A stretch of 64,000 bases of DNA from Eledone cirrhosa (lineage: Eukaryota), in NCBI GenBank assembly GCA_964016885.1, contig OZ024742.1, positions 295,864,001 through 295,928,000 of the forward strand, in the 5' to 3' direction. This document shows, piece by piece, positions 27,205 to 45,324 of the stretch (position 1 is the stretch's first letter; each line of letters begins with the position of its first letter). The position numbers were made by a program, and so were the translations under genes. The notes beneath the pieces are model-generated. The model was not told the origin of the DNA. It saw only the letters and a list, made by a program, of their open reading frames with translations, and ran no database searches.

Positions 27205-30200
27205 TGCGCGAGGACATAGAAATAATCGGGCTGGATGCCCGATCGCGCAGTTAAACCACTGGGAGTGAAGAACCCCTAGCCCTTGTCAGGGCATTCTTCT
27301 AGGAGAAGGCATCTCAGGAAACTGGGTTAACTCCGACATAAAACCTGCGGCTCAGTAGTTACCGATGATGTTGATCTTTTCTTCTTTTCGGGTTATAGCT
27401 ACTGTCGCTCAGAGAGTGGGATTGGCTCAGTGCACAGTCTTTCCTCACTTTAAAAATATTCGTCACGCACAGGCATTGCACGAGTGCATTAATAATTATT
27501 AATAGTGTACTATTATTATTATTATTATTATTACTATTATTATTACTTTTTTCTTTTTTTTTTTTTTTTTTCCAATTCAATGATGTTCCAGAACAATATA
27601 AAAGAGATAATTGGCAATTTAGGTTCTGGAACAAAAAAGATCATTGGCAATAAGGGCAGGGGTCCCAGGTTATCACAGCCTGGGTCCGCTCGTCATTGTG
27701 TCATTGTAATAGAGCCAAACAAGGCATTTAGTCTTGGCTGCTGGAACGTACGAACGCTGCTTGACAGGGATTCCTTGGGGCGTCCTGAACGAAGGACCGC
27801 TCTTGTTGCAAAGGAGCTTCGACGTTACGATCTTGACATCGTGGCTTTATCTGAGACGAGGCTAGCTGGAGATGGTCATCTTACGGAATTTTGTGGAGAA
27901 TATACATTCTTCTGGAAAGGAAGAGATGAATGAACCAGAAGAGAGGCTGGGGTAGGATTTGCTGTTAAGACTGTGCTTGTGAACAAATTAGAGGAATTCC
28001 CAGTAGGGATTAGTGAGCGTCTTATGTCCATGAGAGTTCCGCTGGACAAGGGAAGATATGCTACCCTGGTGAGTGTGTATGCTCCAACTATGAGTTCTGT
28101 CGATGAGGAAAAGGTGTCCTTTTACCATGCCTTGAAAGGTGTTTTAAGAAATATCACTCAGGCAGACAAAGTCATCGTGCTTGGTGACTTTAATGCTAGA
28201 GTGGGTAGGGATTTTAACACATGGAATGTAATCGGAAGGCATGGGGTGGGAAAGTGTAACAGCAATGGTATGCTCCTGCTGCAGATGTGTGAGGAGCTGG
28301 ATATGTGTGTTACCAACACCATGTTCCAACAAAAGAACAAATTCAAGACCACATGGATGCATCCTGCATCTAAGGAATGGCATCTTTTGGACTACGTCCT
28401 AGTCAGGATGCATGACAGACAGGATGTGCAGTGTGTTCGTGTTCTCCGTGGAGCTTAGTGCTGGACGGACCACCGCCTGGTACGCGCAAAAGTGAAACTA
28501 ATCACTAAACGTAAAATCCGGGCTCCTGGTGTAGCCCTGCCCAAAAGATTGAATGCTGCTCGTCTTAAGGATAAAAATGTGAAGAGGACATTGGAAGAAG
28601 AGATGCAGGCTGCAGATCTTGGTGAGGATTGGCCGACCCTTAAAAAGTCGGTTTATGATGTAGGCAGGCGTGTTCTGGGATTGGCACAGAGGAAACATCA
28701 GGACTGGTTTGATGAGAATGATGTACATATAGAAGACTTGTTGGCTGATAAGAGGCGTGCTCTGTCACGCTACTTGACGGCAAAACCACAGGAGAGGAAT
28801 ACGTTGCATGAGGAACTCAGGGATGTAAAATCACGTGTTAGGCGGAGTCTTTCTCAGATGAAGGATCAGTGGTGGAGTGAGAAGGCTGGTGAGATACAAA
28901 CTGCGTCTGATTCCAATAACACAAAGCTGTTGTACAGTCTCTTGCGTGAGGTTTATGGACCGTCTTCTTCTCTGGTGACACCGCTTCGCAGCAAGGATGG
29001 CAAAGAACTTCTTCGTGACTCACAAGGAATTCTACGAAGGTGGCGAGAGCACTTTGATGATCTTTTGAATCAGCCGTCTGTCGTCAGTGAAGATTTCCTC
29101 AATCTCATTCCAGAAAGTCCTGTGAAAGTAGCTCTCGCAGAACCTCCGACGCTTGTGGAGGTTGCAGTGGCTATTTCGAAGCTGAACAGTGAAAGATCTC
29201 CAGGTATGGATGGCATACATGCTGAGCTCCTACAATATGGTGGTGAGAGACTCCTGCAACATCTTCACTCTTTGTTTGGCAGGATATGGGCTAATGAATC
29301 CGTACCTGAGGACTGGAGAGATGCATTAATGGTGGTCTTGTACAAGGGAAAGAGTAACAGGAACGATTGTGGGAACTACAGAGGTATATCATTCTTTCTG
29401 TCGTAGGGAAAGTTTTATGTAGGGTGCTTCTGGACCGTCTGCTGACACACATTGCAGATTGTGTTCTTCCTGAAAGTCAATCTGGTTTTTGTGCTGGACG
29501 CGGCACTACTGATATGATCTTCTCAGCTAGACAGCTCCAGGAGAAGTGCATGGAACAAGGCTTGGATCTGTATCAGGTTTTTGTCGATCTGACAAAAGCT
29601 TTTGATACTGTTAACAGAGATGCATTATGGAAGGTTCTCCAGAAACTTGGTTGCCCTGATAAGTTCCTTGCTTTAGTTAGGTCTTTCCATGACGACATGA
29701 AGGCTTGGGTTAATGTCGGGGGTAACATATCGGAGCCTATCTCAGTAAAAAATGGAGTGAAACAGGGGGATATTCCAGCACCGACCCTGTTTGCAATGGT
29801 TTTCTGTATTGCATTCAGGAATTGCGAGCATGGTGTTTACATCCGATATCGAACCTCAGGCAGCATATTTAACATCAGGCGCTTTGCTGCGAAGACAAAA
29901 GTATTTACATCAATCATAAGAGACCTCTTGTATGCAGATGATTGCGATCTTGTAGCGCACACAGAGAGTGATATGCAGCACATTTTGAATGCATTTTCTG
30001 ACGCTTGCACTGCCCTAGGTCTGACTGTCAGTCTCAAGAAAACCGTCGTCATGTACCAACCTGCCCCTGGTAAGCAGTACACTGAACCAAACATCTATGT
30101 GTATGGCAAACGACTTGGAGTGGTTGATCAGTTTGTCTACCTGGGAAGCACTGTCAATCGATACAGCAACCTTGACAGTGAAATCTCACTTAGGATTAGG

Positions 30201-31120
30201 AAAGCAAGTGATGCTTTCGGAAAGCTAGAAAGGCGACTCTGGGATCGGCGAGACATATGCAGGAAGACAAAGGTAAAGGTGTACAGGGCATGTGTGCTCT
30301 CTTGTCTTCTTTATGCCTGCGAGACCTGGGTCACATATCGACACCACCTTAAGCAATTGGAGCGTTTCTATCAGATGTGTCTCAGACGGATCCATGGCGT
30401 TCACTGGAGGGACCACATCAGTGATGTCGAGATTTTGGAAAGCTCTATGTGTGACAGTATAGAAGCTCTTGTGCTTAAGCAACGACTCCGTTGGAGTGGT
30501 CACCTTGCCAGGATGAAGGATTCTAGAATACCAAAACAACTCTTTTATGGAGAGTTGGTTAAAGGAAAACGACCGCCACATAAACCAAAAAAGAGGTATA
30601 AGAATTCCTTGAAAGCCTCTCTGAAAGACGCTAACATCTCTGCTGATACATGGGAAAATATTGCTGCTGATTGTAATAAATGGAGAAAGACTGTATATAC
30701 ATATACATACACACATTTGAGGCATCTCGAATCGCATACGAGAAAGTAAAGCGGGATGTGAGGAAGGGCATTGCTGTTGCACTTCCAGACGGCCAGGGTC
30801 CTCCTATGGTGCTGACATGCAGCGTCTGTGCGAGACTCTGCCTAAGCAAAGCTGGACTCGAAAGTCATCTTCGCAGTCATAAAGTAAGACCAGTGGTTGA
30901 CTACCAGGCTGCTGTTGGAGATGCTACTCATCATGCTTGCCAAACATGTGGTAGAGAATATAAATCAGCAGGAGGGCTCAAGCGACATGCAAAAGTACAG
31001 CCGACTATTCCCAGTGAATGTTTTGGTTGCCGACTCTGTGAAAGACATTTTAGATCATTGGCTGGGCTAAAAAGCCACATTCGATCGCAGCGCTGTTAGT
31101 TGCTATCGTGTGTGTGTGCA
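27205..31120 (+). mobile_element. Near-full-length degenerate RTE (BovB-like) LINE with C-terminal C2H2 zinc fingers
   Basis: RTE 5'UTR motif. LGCWNVRTL, ALSETR, GDFNARVG, WTDH; NYRGIS, FVDLTKAFD, GVKQG, YADD, RLRWSGH. (TG)n after the stop. Confidence 0.92.
27579..31099 (+). pseudogene. RTE single ORF (APE + RT + 3 C2H2-like fingers) with stops at 27931 and 28456 and frameshifts near 29395 and 30700
   Basis: Joined ORFs 27505-27933, 27973-28458, 28492-29406, 29367-30749 and 30680-31099. Confidence 0.88.
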
Positions 31121-31286
31121 GATATGCTTATGTGTGTGCGTGTGTGTGTATATATATATATATGTATATGTATATTATTATTGTTGTTGTCGTTGTTATT
31201 GTTGTTGTTATTGTTATTATTATTATTATTTTTATTAATGTATGTGTGTGTGTATATGTGTGTGTGAGTGTGTGTGTATGTATATG

Positions 31287-31320
<34 letters not shown>

Positions 31321-31359
31321 TTTTTTTTTTATTATTATTATTTTTTTTTTTCTTCTCAT

Positions 31360-31420
31360 ACAATAGCCATACTCGATAACGAGGGGGCAGCCATCATGTA
31401 TGTATGTATGTATGTATGTC
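31360..31420 (+). mobile_element. Very short 3' end of an element-A-related RTE with pure (ATGT)n tail
   Basis: GCCATACTCGATAACGAGGGGGCAGCCATC(ATGT)n versus element A GCCGTACTCGAAAACGAGTTGGCAGCCACC. Confidence 0.7.
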
Positions 31421-31427
31421 ACACAAT

Positions 31428-32032
31428 ATGTCAGGTCACCACTTGGTGCTACTGGTAACATGTATTCCAGTACAACCTGTCCCATGGTCGGGTCGTTGGC
31501 GACTAAACTGGCAACCCCACCAAGGTTTCTTGGTGAGGAGGGTGACTTTGGACATCCTGCAGGACTAAAAACAAAACCTGTCAAAAGGGCAAAGGAGCTC
31601 TTAAGAGTCAATGGCCATCCAAAATCACCGGGAGAGATGTCCCCTTAGCCTTTGTCGGGGCAGAATTCTAGAAGGAAAACTCTGATATAACACCTGCAAC
31701 CCTGATGGTATCCAATGATGCTGACTTGTTCTTCTTTTTGGTAAATATCATCTTGGTTAAGAGAGTGGGACTGGCTTTGTGCAGTGCCTTTGCTCACGAT
31801 AAAAGCTTCACGGCACAGACATTGTTTTATATCTGGAGATCTCTCTGCACTTGTCGTCACATGGTACCATGGGCCCAGCACTGTGTCAATAATTGTCACA
31901 AGTGTAGTGTTTGTACCAGAGTTTTCAAGTCGCTGGCTGGACTGAAAAGTCACACTCGTAAGCGCATCGGTAGGCGTTCTCCTACAGGGATATAAAGTAG
32001 TGGCCGTACTCGAAAACGAGTTGGCAGACACC
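31428..32032 (+). mobile_element. Element A copy 5 (full length)
   Basis: Same 5' start ATGTCAGGTCACC as copy 1. Confidence 0.88.
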
Positions 32033-32064
<32 letters not shown>

Positions 32065-32072
32065 GTATATGT

Positions 32073-36360
<4,288 letters not shown>

Positions 36361-38094
36361 ATCATCATCATCATCATCACCGTTTTACGTTCGTTCTTCC
36401 ACGCTAGCATGGGTTAGACGGGTTGTCCTGTTGTGGGCAGTGTCTGGTCGGCTGACCATGCCTTGCTCATACAGGAACTGATCTGGCTTGATTTCTACAG
36501 CTGGATGCCCTTCCTAACACCAACCTCATTTACAGTGAGTGCTGGGTGCTTTTTCGTGGCGCCTACACGTCCACTTTACAGTGTGGGCTGGGTGCTTTTT
36601 TGCCGTGGCACCTCCACGACCACCTTGCGGTGGGGGGGGGGGGCATATTGTTTATATGCTTCAGCATGTACCCATGGGAGGTCGGGTACCCTGTATTACT
36701 GCGTGACGCCAGAAGTCACGGTCGTGTGTCATTGACTTTGAGAGGTGTAGTTGGGTAAGGTCGGCTTTTATCACCTCATCCCAAGTCATCTTGGGTCTCC
36801 CCACTCCGCGGTTTCCATCAACTTCTAGTGCTCTGCACCTTTTTATGCAGCTGTCATCCTTCATACGCATCACATGTCCATACCAGCGTAACCGCCTCTC
36901 CTGCACGCAGCATTTGATTCCTCTTATGCTCAGTCTCTCTCTCAATTCATTTATGCTTTGTCGTTCACGTATATTACTGTTACACATCCATTGGAGCATG
37001 CAGGCTTCGTTTCTCTCTAATCTACGTAAGTCTTCCACCTTCAGCGCCCAGGTCTCACTACCATGCAACATCGCTGTTCGGATACACGCATCATACAGTC
37101 TGCCTTTCATTCTGAGGGAGAAGCCTTTTGCAGCTAGCAGTGGTAGTAGTTCCCTAAACTTCTTCCATCCCGTTCTTACCCTAGTTATTGTACTTTCTGA
37201 GCACCCACCTCCGTTGCTAATTCGGTCACCTAGGTAGCAGAAGCTGTCTACTGTTTCTACAGGGCCCTCCCAGAGATTGGTGGTACTTGTTTCCTGTGGC
37301 TGTTTGCTTGCTGTTTCAGCACAGCTGCTGCATGTGAATCCTACATTCTTAATTAAGCTTCCTGAGATCCCGCTACATCTCTTGTGTACCCATTGTTTGC
37401 ATTTGGGGCAAAGAATGGAGTTCCTACCTACACCTTTCCTACATACTGAGCAAGGCCATTTCCCTGAGGGGATCTGGGTTCTGTTTTCTCGTCTACTTAT
37501 AAGGACCTTAGTCTTTGTCATGTTGACTTTGAGGCCCTTTCTCTCTAGTCCCTGCTTCCAGGTTTGGAATTTATTCTCTAGTTCTACCATAGATTCAGCT
37601 ATGAGTGCGAGGTCATCAGCATACAGGAGTTCCCATGGGCATCCGGTCTTAAACTCCTTCGTTATTGCCTGCAGGACTATGATGAACAGGAGAGGGCTAA
37701 GAACAGAGCCCTGGTGGACCCCAACCTGTACGCTAAATTCCTCGCTATACTCATTGCCAATCCTAACTTTGCTGACTGCTCCCCTATACATGGCTTGTAC
37801 CGCTTTCACAAGCCATTCATCTACTCCTAGTTTTCTAAGAGCCCACCAGATTACTGCACGTGGAACTCTGTCAAAGGCTTTCTCAAGGTCGACAAATGCC
37901 AAGTAGAGTGGCTTACTTTTAGCTAGGTACTTTTCCTGTAATTGCCTCACAAGGAAGAGCGCATCAGTGGTGCCTTTCCCTGGTACAAACCCAAATTGCA
38001 TCTCGTCTATATTCACCCGGTCCCTAATCAGCTGTGCTATAACTCTTTCTGTTACTTTCATGACCTAGTCCATCAACTTTATACCTCTATAGTT
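36361..38094 (-). mobile_element. 5'-truncated RTE-PHD beta copy, open 466-aa RT-PHD-C-terminal frame
   Basis: ORF 36661-38061; (ATC)n tail; near-identical to 48087-49333. Confidence 0.94.
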
Positions 38095-38110
38095 TATATA
38101 TAGTTTATAA

Positions 38111-39076
<966 letters not shown>

Positions 39077-39422
39077 TTCATTTCAGAAATTAAATTTAAC
39101 AATAAATAAGGTGCAGAATTAAAAAACATAATATATATAAATTTGCAATTTTATTTTAGTTCTATACTTTACATTATGAATTCAATATGTACTTTCATAA
39201 ATCTTTTGAATTTTACAACAATTTAGATTGTTAAATCAATGGGTATGTGTGTTGTTATGCATTCATACATATGTACACATATCTCTACATATCTGCATTA
39301 TATATTATACATTACTGAAATTTCAAATTCTACACTAAAGTGATATATATATGTGTGTGTACTGCCAATACTGGAATTGAACCATCAAGACCGTTGAAGT
39401 ATGTCATACATCAATTCATGTA

Positions 39423-39484
39423 TTTTATCTGACGAGGACGTACTGAAAAAACAGCACAGTTCCTTCGAAATATATATAATAAAA
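39423..39484 (+). ncRNA. Type I hammerhead ribozyme motif (minimal stem III, PLE-type)
   Basis: TTTTAT-CTGACGA-[stem II]-GAAA-TATATA-TA-ATAAAA; stem II imperfect. Confidence 0.6.
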
Positions 39485-39613
39485 CATATATTTTGATTAT
39501 GTGAATGGCTTCATTTATTAATATTCTGAATAATATTAATAACTCCAGAAAACATTCCTTGTAGAGTGCTTTTAATCTATTGTAAAACTATATTCATTGA
39601 GTAATCAATGAAC

Positions 39614-39625
<12 letters not shown>

Positions 39626-39682
<57 letters not shown>

Positions 39683-39820
39683 TATGTGTGTTCGTGTGTG
39701 TGTGTGTGTGTGTGCATGTATATATGTGTGTGTGTTTGTGTGTGTGTATATATGTGCGTGTGTATATATGTATATGTGTGTGTGTGTATATATATGTGTG
39801 TGTATATGTGTGTATGTGTG

Positions 39821-39851
<31 letters not shown>

Positions 39852-39880
39852 ATATATGTATATATATGTGTGTGTGTATA
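39626..39880. repeat. (TA)/(TG) microsatellite
   Basis: Direct reading. Confidence 0.95.
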
Positions 39881-40279
39881 TCAACTTAGTGTACAAATTA
39901 CAAACTAAATTGTGTAATATGTTAAATTTTGAGTGTTCTTTATAGCCCCACATATTAAAGATATAAATTTATGATGTCTACAGATTGGTCTATGCATTTA
40001 ATATTTTGTGCGTCAGAAACAGCACCACGTTATTAATATAACATTTTATTACTATTTTCATTTTTTTCTTGTTTGGTAAAAGCTGAATTTCTAGAATTCA
40101 ATCTCTATTTGATTATAGATTTCCCACAGTGTTCAATAATTTATTTTGTTTGTCAATCAATTTTTGAGTAATCTATTTTTATCTATTTTTGTTTTGTTTT
40201 CAACCTACTTTTCAAAGAAATTTGGTGTAAGAATTTATAGCAAGGTTTATATATGTGTGTGTGTATGGTGGGGAGGTAT

Positions 40280-40311
<32 letters not shown>

Positions 40312-40354
40312 ATCATCATCATTTTACGTCCACTTTTTCTTGCTTGAATAAATA

Positions 40355-40388
<34 letters not shown>

Positions 40389-41500
40389 TGTGTGTGTGTG
40401 TATGTCTATGTATATATGTATATATATATATTTATATATATATATATATACACACATGCATGTGTGTATATATGTGTATATATATACAATACATATATAT
40501 ATATAAATATAATAAAATGCTTGAAGCATTATGTATAATATAGTATAAGTGACATCTAGCAGTACATTGAAGGGTGCACCCATCTTTTCATACTGGCATG
40601 GATTAGATGAGGAAGAGGCAATGAGACATGTGAGAGTGAGGAGAGTAAGGTTTATTTCACAGGTGTTGAAGAGAGTGAGCAATGTTTAGCAGTATATTAC
40701 TGAGGGGGGGGGGGGGGTCTGTCTTTCTATTGTGGCTTATGTTGGCTGAGGAAAGGGGAATCAGAGATATTATTAGGGGAAAATAGTGAAGGGGAAGGAA
40801 AGTCTGTGAGGGAGAAGACAAAAGGGTTGGGGATGTTTGAAGCATATTGGCAAGAGGGACCAAAATGTGATTACACATAGACACACACTCATATAACACA
40901 TTAGAAAGATTGCTTGCTTTCAAACCTCCTCCAAGAAAAAGCATCTTTACTGAGATAGACATTTTATTTGATCTGCTAATAAGGCAACCAAATCTTTCTT
41001 AACCAATCCTTTAACCGTCATCATCGTTTTAAGATTTGCTTTTTTCTTTTTTTTCATGATTGTGTGGATTGTACAGATATGTATTACAGATGATTTCTAC
41101 ACTTCTTCTCACAGTAAAATCTTGTCAGATATTATACTCATCATCATAAATCTAACCTCACAGTTATTTCTCATTTCTTCTTTGTTGTTTTCCCCTTCTA
41201 GGAATACTTTTGACTCTTGTTACATAGCCTAATGAAATAGGTACTGGGTCATTGTAATTGACTAAATCCTAGAAAATGTTACCTGCCCTTGGATGACTCT
41301 GCTTTACTTTTCATCCCTCCTGGGTCAATGAAATAAGCACCAGTTGGTATAAATAAGTACTGCATTGTAGTATTAAGCTATATTCTAGAAGGCAGTATCC
41401 AGTATGGCCACATTCTAATAGCTGAAACCATTATTTATAAAAGAATAAGACAAATTTGGATCATTATAATGAACTTGTTAATGATTTGCACTATTACATA

Positions 41501-41690
41501 ATGGATTGGCAGTATCGGAAGAGCGTCAGACACCATGCTTTGCAGCATAGAGTTACAGCCCTTTAAGGTTTAAGTTCAAATCCCATCAAGGTTAACTTTG
41601 CCTTTCATCCTTTCGGGGTCGATAAAATAAAGTACCAGTAATGCACTGGGATAATTGCTGGCCTTGTGCGAAAAGTAGAAACAATTATTA
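41501..41690 (+). mobile_element. tRNA-derived SINE with Nin/Deu-like domain
   Basis: A-box-like TGGCAGTATCGG, B-box-like AGTTCAAATCC, core GCCTTTCATCCTTTCGGGGTCGATAAAATAAAGTACCAG, tail AGAAACAATTATT. Confidence 0.8.
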
Positions 41691-41782
41691 CACAATGGAT
41701 TCTTCGTATTGACAATAAGCTTTCAGCTATTCAATCAACTGAACAACAACCCATGAACTAACATATGAGAGTATTACACAGA

Positions 41783-42177
41783 TACTCTCAGGCCTTGAAT
41801 AATCGTCCCCCACTGCTTATTAATTTTTCAGATGTTTTCCAACCCCACCACTCTTATTCCAAACTCCTGCTTATTAAATTTTCTATCTCTATCTCCGGCA
41901 AAATTTTATTTTAAGTGGTAGCATTCCTGTGACAATTATTTTATACTTTAAAAAAACATTATATATGACAAAAAAGTACATTACTAGAAATTCCATATAT
42001 TATAAAAGATGGGTTGAGGGTGGGAATATCAATATATAAACTAAATGGCTAATTCTGGTTTTAAAAAAAAATCAACGGAGACAACATAGAAAAATTAACG
42101 ATTTTCCACCACCACCGCCGCTTATTCCACCCCACACCCCCACACCCATTATTCCAATTATTTGGGATCCGAGAATA
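41783..42177. mobile_element. Old Tc1/mariner-pogo-type MITE (imperfect TIRs)
   Basis: TACTCTCAGGCCTTGAATAAT versus the reverse complement of ATTATTTGGGATCCGAGAATA. Confidence 0.45.
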
Positions 42178-42914
42178 TGTGTACTGTAGTTGCCAAGCCA
42201 AATCAGCTTCACACAAAGGCAATATGTGACATGGCTCTACCTTTGAATTATAGATGCAATCCATCCAACAAGCTTCTAACCAATTTTATTCACTAGCTTG
42301 TCTATATTAAAGGCACTTGCCTGGCTCCACTTGATACTATAGTAAAGACACTTGCCCAAGATGTTACATAGTAGGATCGAACCCAGGACCTTGTGATTAG
42401 GAAGTGAATTTTCTTAAGCACTTGGCCATGCTATTACATAAGACTTGGATGAATGAATTTTGTTTTAAAATGTTTTGTTTTATATCTGTTAGAATTTGCA
42501 ATTGAATTTCACATATCTTCATATCATATTAAATATTACCTGTGTTTATTGCCTTATATTTCTTTTCAAAAGGATTTCTATCTAACATAATGATTCTTAT
42601 TGCTTGGAAAATTGAGAGTTCTCAGTAGAAATTGCCATAAGGTATCTTTGCAAAGCTTAAAAGAATAAAAGTATGATATTAAGAAATATATTTCCTAATC
42701 ATGTAAAAGAATTCTCATTTTATTTCTTTCAAATAAAGCATTTTACAAATGCAATTTGATTGCTTTGATATGATGTTAAATAAAATATGTTAGAACATTT
42801 CAGTATTACTTAAATAGGTTCTTAGTACACTGGGATATTGATATGGATATTTTGGGTGCATTTTACCTTTGAACCCACACTACCACTTTACAGAATATAG
42901 GCTCCAATATTATC

Positions 42915-43335
42915 ACTTTATAGAGTGTACAGGGTGCATTTTATTGGGGAACCAGCATGACCCACCTCTTTACAGAATGTACTGGGTACATTTTGTTGTG
43001 AAACCAGCATGACTCCCACAGCTTTACAGAGTGTACTGAGTACATTTTGTTTTGGAACCAGCATGACTCCCACAGCTTTACAGAGTGTACTGAGTACATT
43101 TTGTTTTGGAACCAGCATGACCTCCACCATTTTCCAGAGTGTACTGGGTATATTTTGTTTTGGAACCAGCATGACCCTACCACTTTGTTGAGTGCACTGG
43201 GTACATTTTGTTGTGGAACTAGCATGGCCCTACAACTTTGTAGATTGTACTGGGTACATTTTGTTGTGGAACCAGCATGACCCCCACAAATTTACAGCAT
43301 GTGTATTGGGTACATTTTGTCATGGCACCAAAACT
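42915..43335. repeat. ~51-bp minisatellite, about 8 diverged units
   Basis: Unit ~TTTACAGAGTGTACTGGGTACATTTTGTTGTGGAACCAGCATGACCCCACAGC. Confidence 0.9.
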
Positions 43336-43829
43336 GCCAGAGCATTATGTAATATAATTGTTTTTAAAAAAACATCCAGCTATAGAAACCATGCCAAAAA
43401 TGAGAAAGGAGGACTCTTCAGTTGTGTCAAGGACAAGAAATCTCTCTAATGCTAGTGCTATGATAAAATGCACCCTTAATACTTTGTAAAGTGGCTGGTG
43501 TTAGGAAGGGCATCCAACCATAGGAACCATGCCAAAAGTTAGGTAATAGATCTCTGGTTGTATCAACAACAAGAAAGCTCATGCTGGTGATATAATGCAC
43601 CCAGCACATTCTTCAAAAGGATTGGCATGAGGAAGATCATCCAGCTGTAGAAACCATGCCAAAAAGGAATGTATTTAACCCATTCAATTAAATCAACTAA
43701 GTACTGACTTTGACCCATTCAATCCATGTCAGCTTGGAAAATGGATATAAAATGATAGTCAAAGAGTCTTTCCACTTTTATTGTAAAATTTTCAGAGTAC
43801 TAAATTAATTTCATTATTGATTTTCATTA

Positions 43830-44045
43830 TTGATTGGCAGTGTTAGTAGAGCATTGGACAATATGCTTTGCAGTATAGAGTTATGGCCCTATGCGTTCTG
43901 AGTTCAAATCCTGCCAAAGTTAGCTTTGCCTTTCATCCTTATAAGGTTGATGAAATAAAGCACCACTAATGCACTGGGGTTGATTTAATTGACTCTCCCC
44001 TCCACCAAAATTGTTGGCCTTGTGTATAAATCAGAAAACATTATG
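43830..44045 (+). mobile_element. Nin/Deu-type tRNA SINE
   Basis: Similar to 41501-41690. Confidence 0.75.
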
Positions 44046-44099
44046 AACAGCTTAGCTAAAGTAAATGAACATCTGTCAGTTTAGACATTGAATGCCCAA

Positions 44100-44232
44100 G
44101 TAGAAATCAAGCCAGAATCAGTTCCCGTATGAGCAAGACAAGGTCAGCTGACTGGACACTGCCGACAACAGGACAACCCATCTAACCCATGCTAGCGTGG
44201 AAGAACGGACATAAAACGGTGATGATGATGAT
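44100..44232 (+). mobile_element. Short 3' end of RTE-PHD beta
   Basis: Matches 49193-49325; (GAT)n tail. Confidence 0.8.
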
Positions 44233-45324
44233 TCAGCATGATGCAGCATGTGTGTGAGAGAGAGAGACAAGGTTGGCACTTTGAAATATATGTATAAGTT
44301 ATTCAAACAGTTTCATCAACCGAATTCCATTCATATGATGATGATGGCTTTGGTTCAACCAAGCCTGAAGTAAAAGCTGCTTGTCTAATATGACACACTG
44401 TTGGGTCGAATCCAGAACCTCATGATTATGAAACAAACTCTATAAACCTTTGGCCATGTTCTGTCCAACAATATAACTATAGTTAATTTAATAATCTCAA
44501 TATGTTTATTCACTGTGAATCTTTATGTTATACAAGAAATACACATATTTGTATACTTACACATCTATTCGCATATGTACATCTACATACACATATCCAT
44601 ACACATGGATTTATTCATACACATATCCACACACATACACTCTGACTTTCTTGTATTCACACTATTAGTCTGGTACACACAATCACACACATCTCCACAT
44701 ACACACATATTCTTATACTCTCACATTCTTGTATTCGCACTTTTACTCTTGAACACACACACTTGCATACAAACATACATATGTCCTTTTCCACACAATG
44801 GAAATTTGAAAATGATTAGCCATTGATTTTGGTATTGGCCATTTTGCTCGATTTCCATTCCTCAACCTCTGATGAACAAAACTTCAACTTGTGTTTTAAC
44901 TCTGTTATTAAAATATGGTTTAATTAAAAGAATGGAAGTGGTGTTTTTATTCTTTTTCATGAACTTCTTGCTTTGTTGGCCGATGTAGAAACATTAATGG
45001 AAACAGTACAAGCAATTTATTAAATTAATTATTAATTAAGAATCTGTAGTCAGTAAATGACTTCATAATGAAATTACCACCCTGCTGTGATGTGATTCCT
45101 CGTGTCTGCTGCATCAGTGTCAGTCAGTGAAAACTATAGATTAAGATGGTACTTTGGCAGAGTTGTTAGAGTGATGGTTAGAATGTTTGTGGTATTTATT
45201 CCAGCTCTCTGAAGTTCATAAATAAAGCACTAGTTGAGGACTGAGGTCTACTACTCACTTTTAGAAGATCCCACTTTAGGGTGAAAGCAGAAATTGTTTG
45301 CTTAAACTTTTAATTTGAGCTAAT

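Noticed and set aside
41501-41600. tRNA genes at A/B-box motifs
   Set aside because: No cloverleaf; these are SINE heads continuing into shared SINE bodies.
42915-43335. CRISPR-like array
   Set aside because: Units are contiguous diverged tandem repeats with no unique spacers; eukaryotic context and no cas genes.
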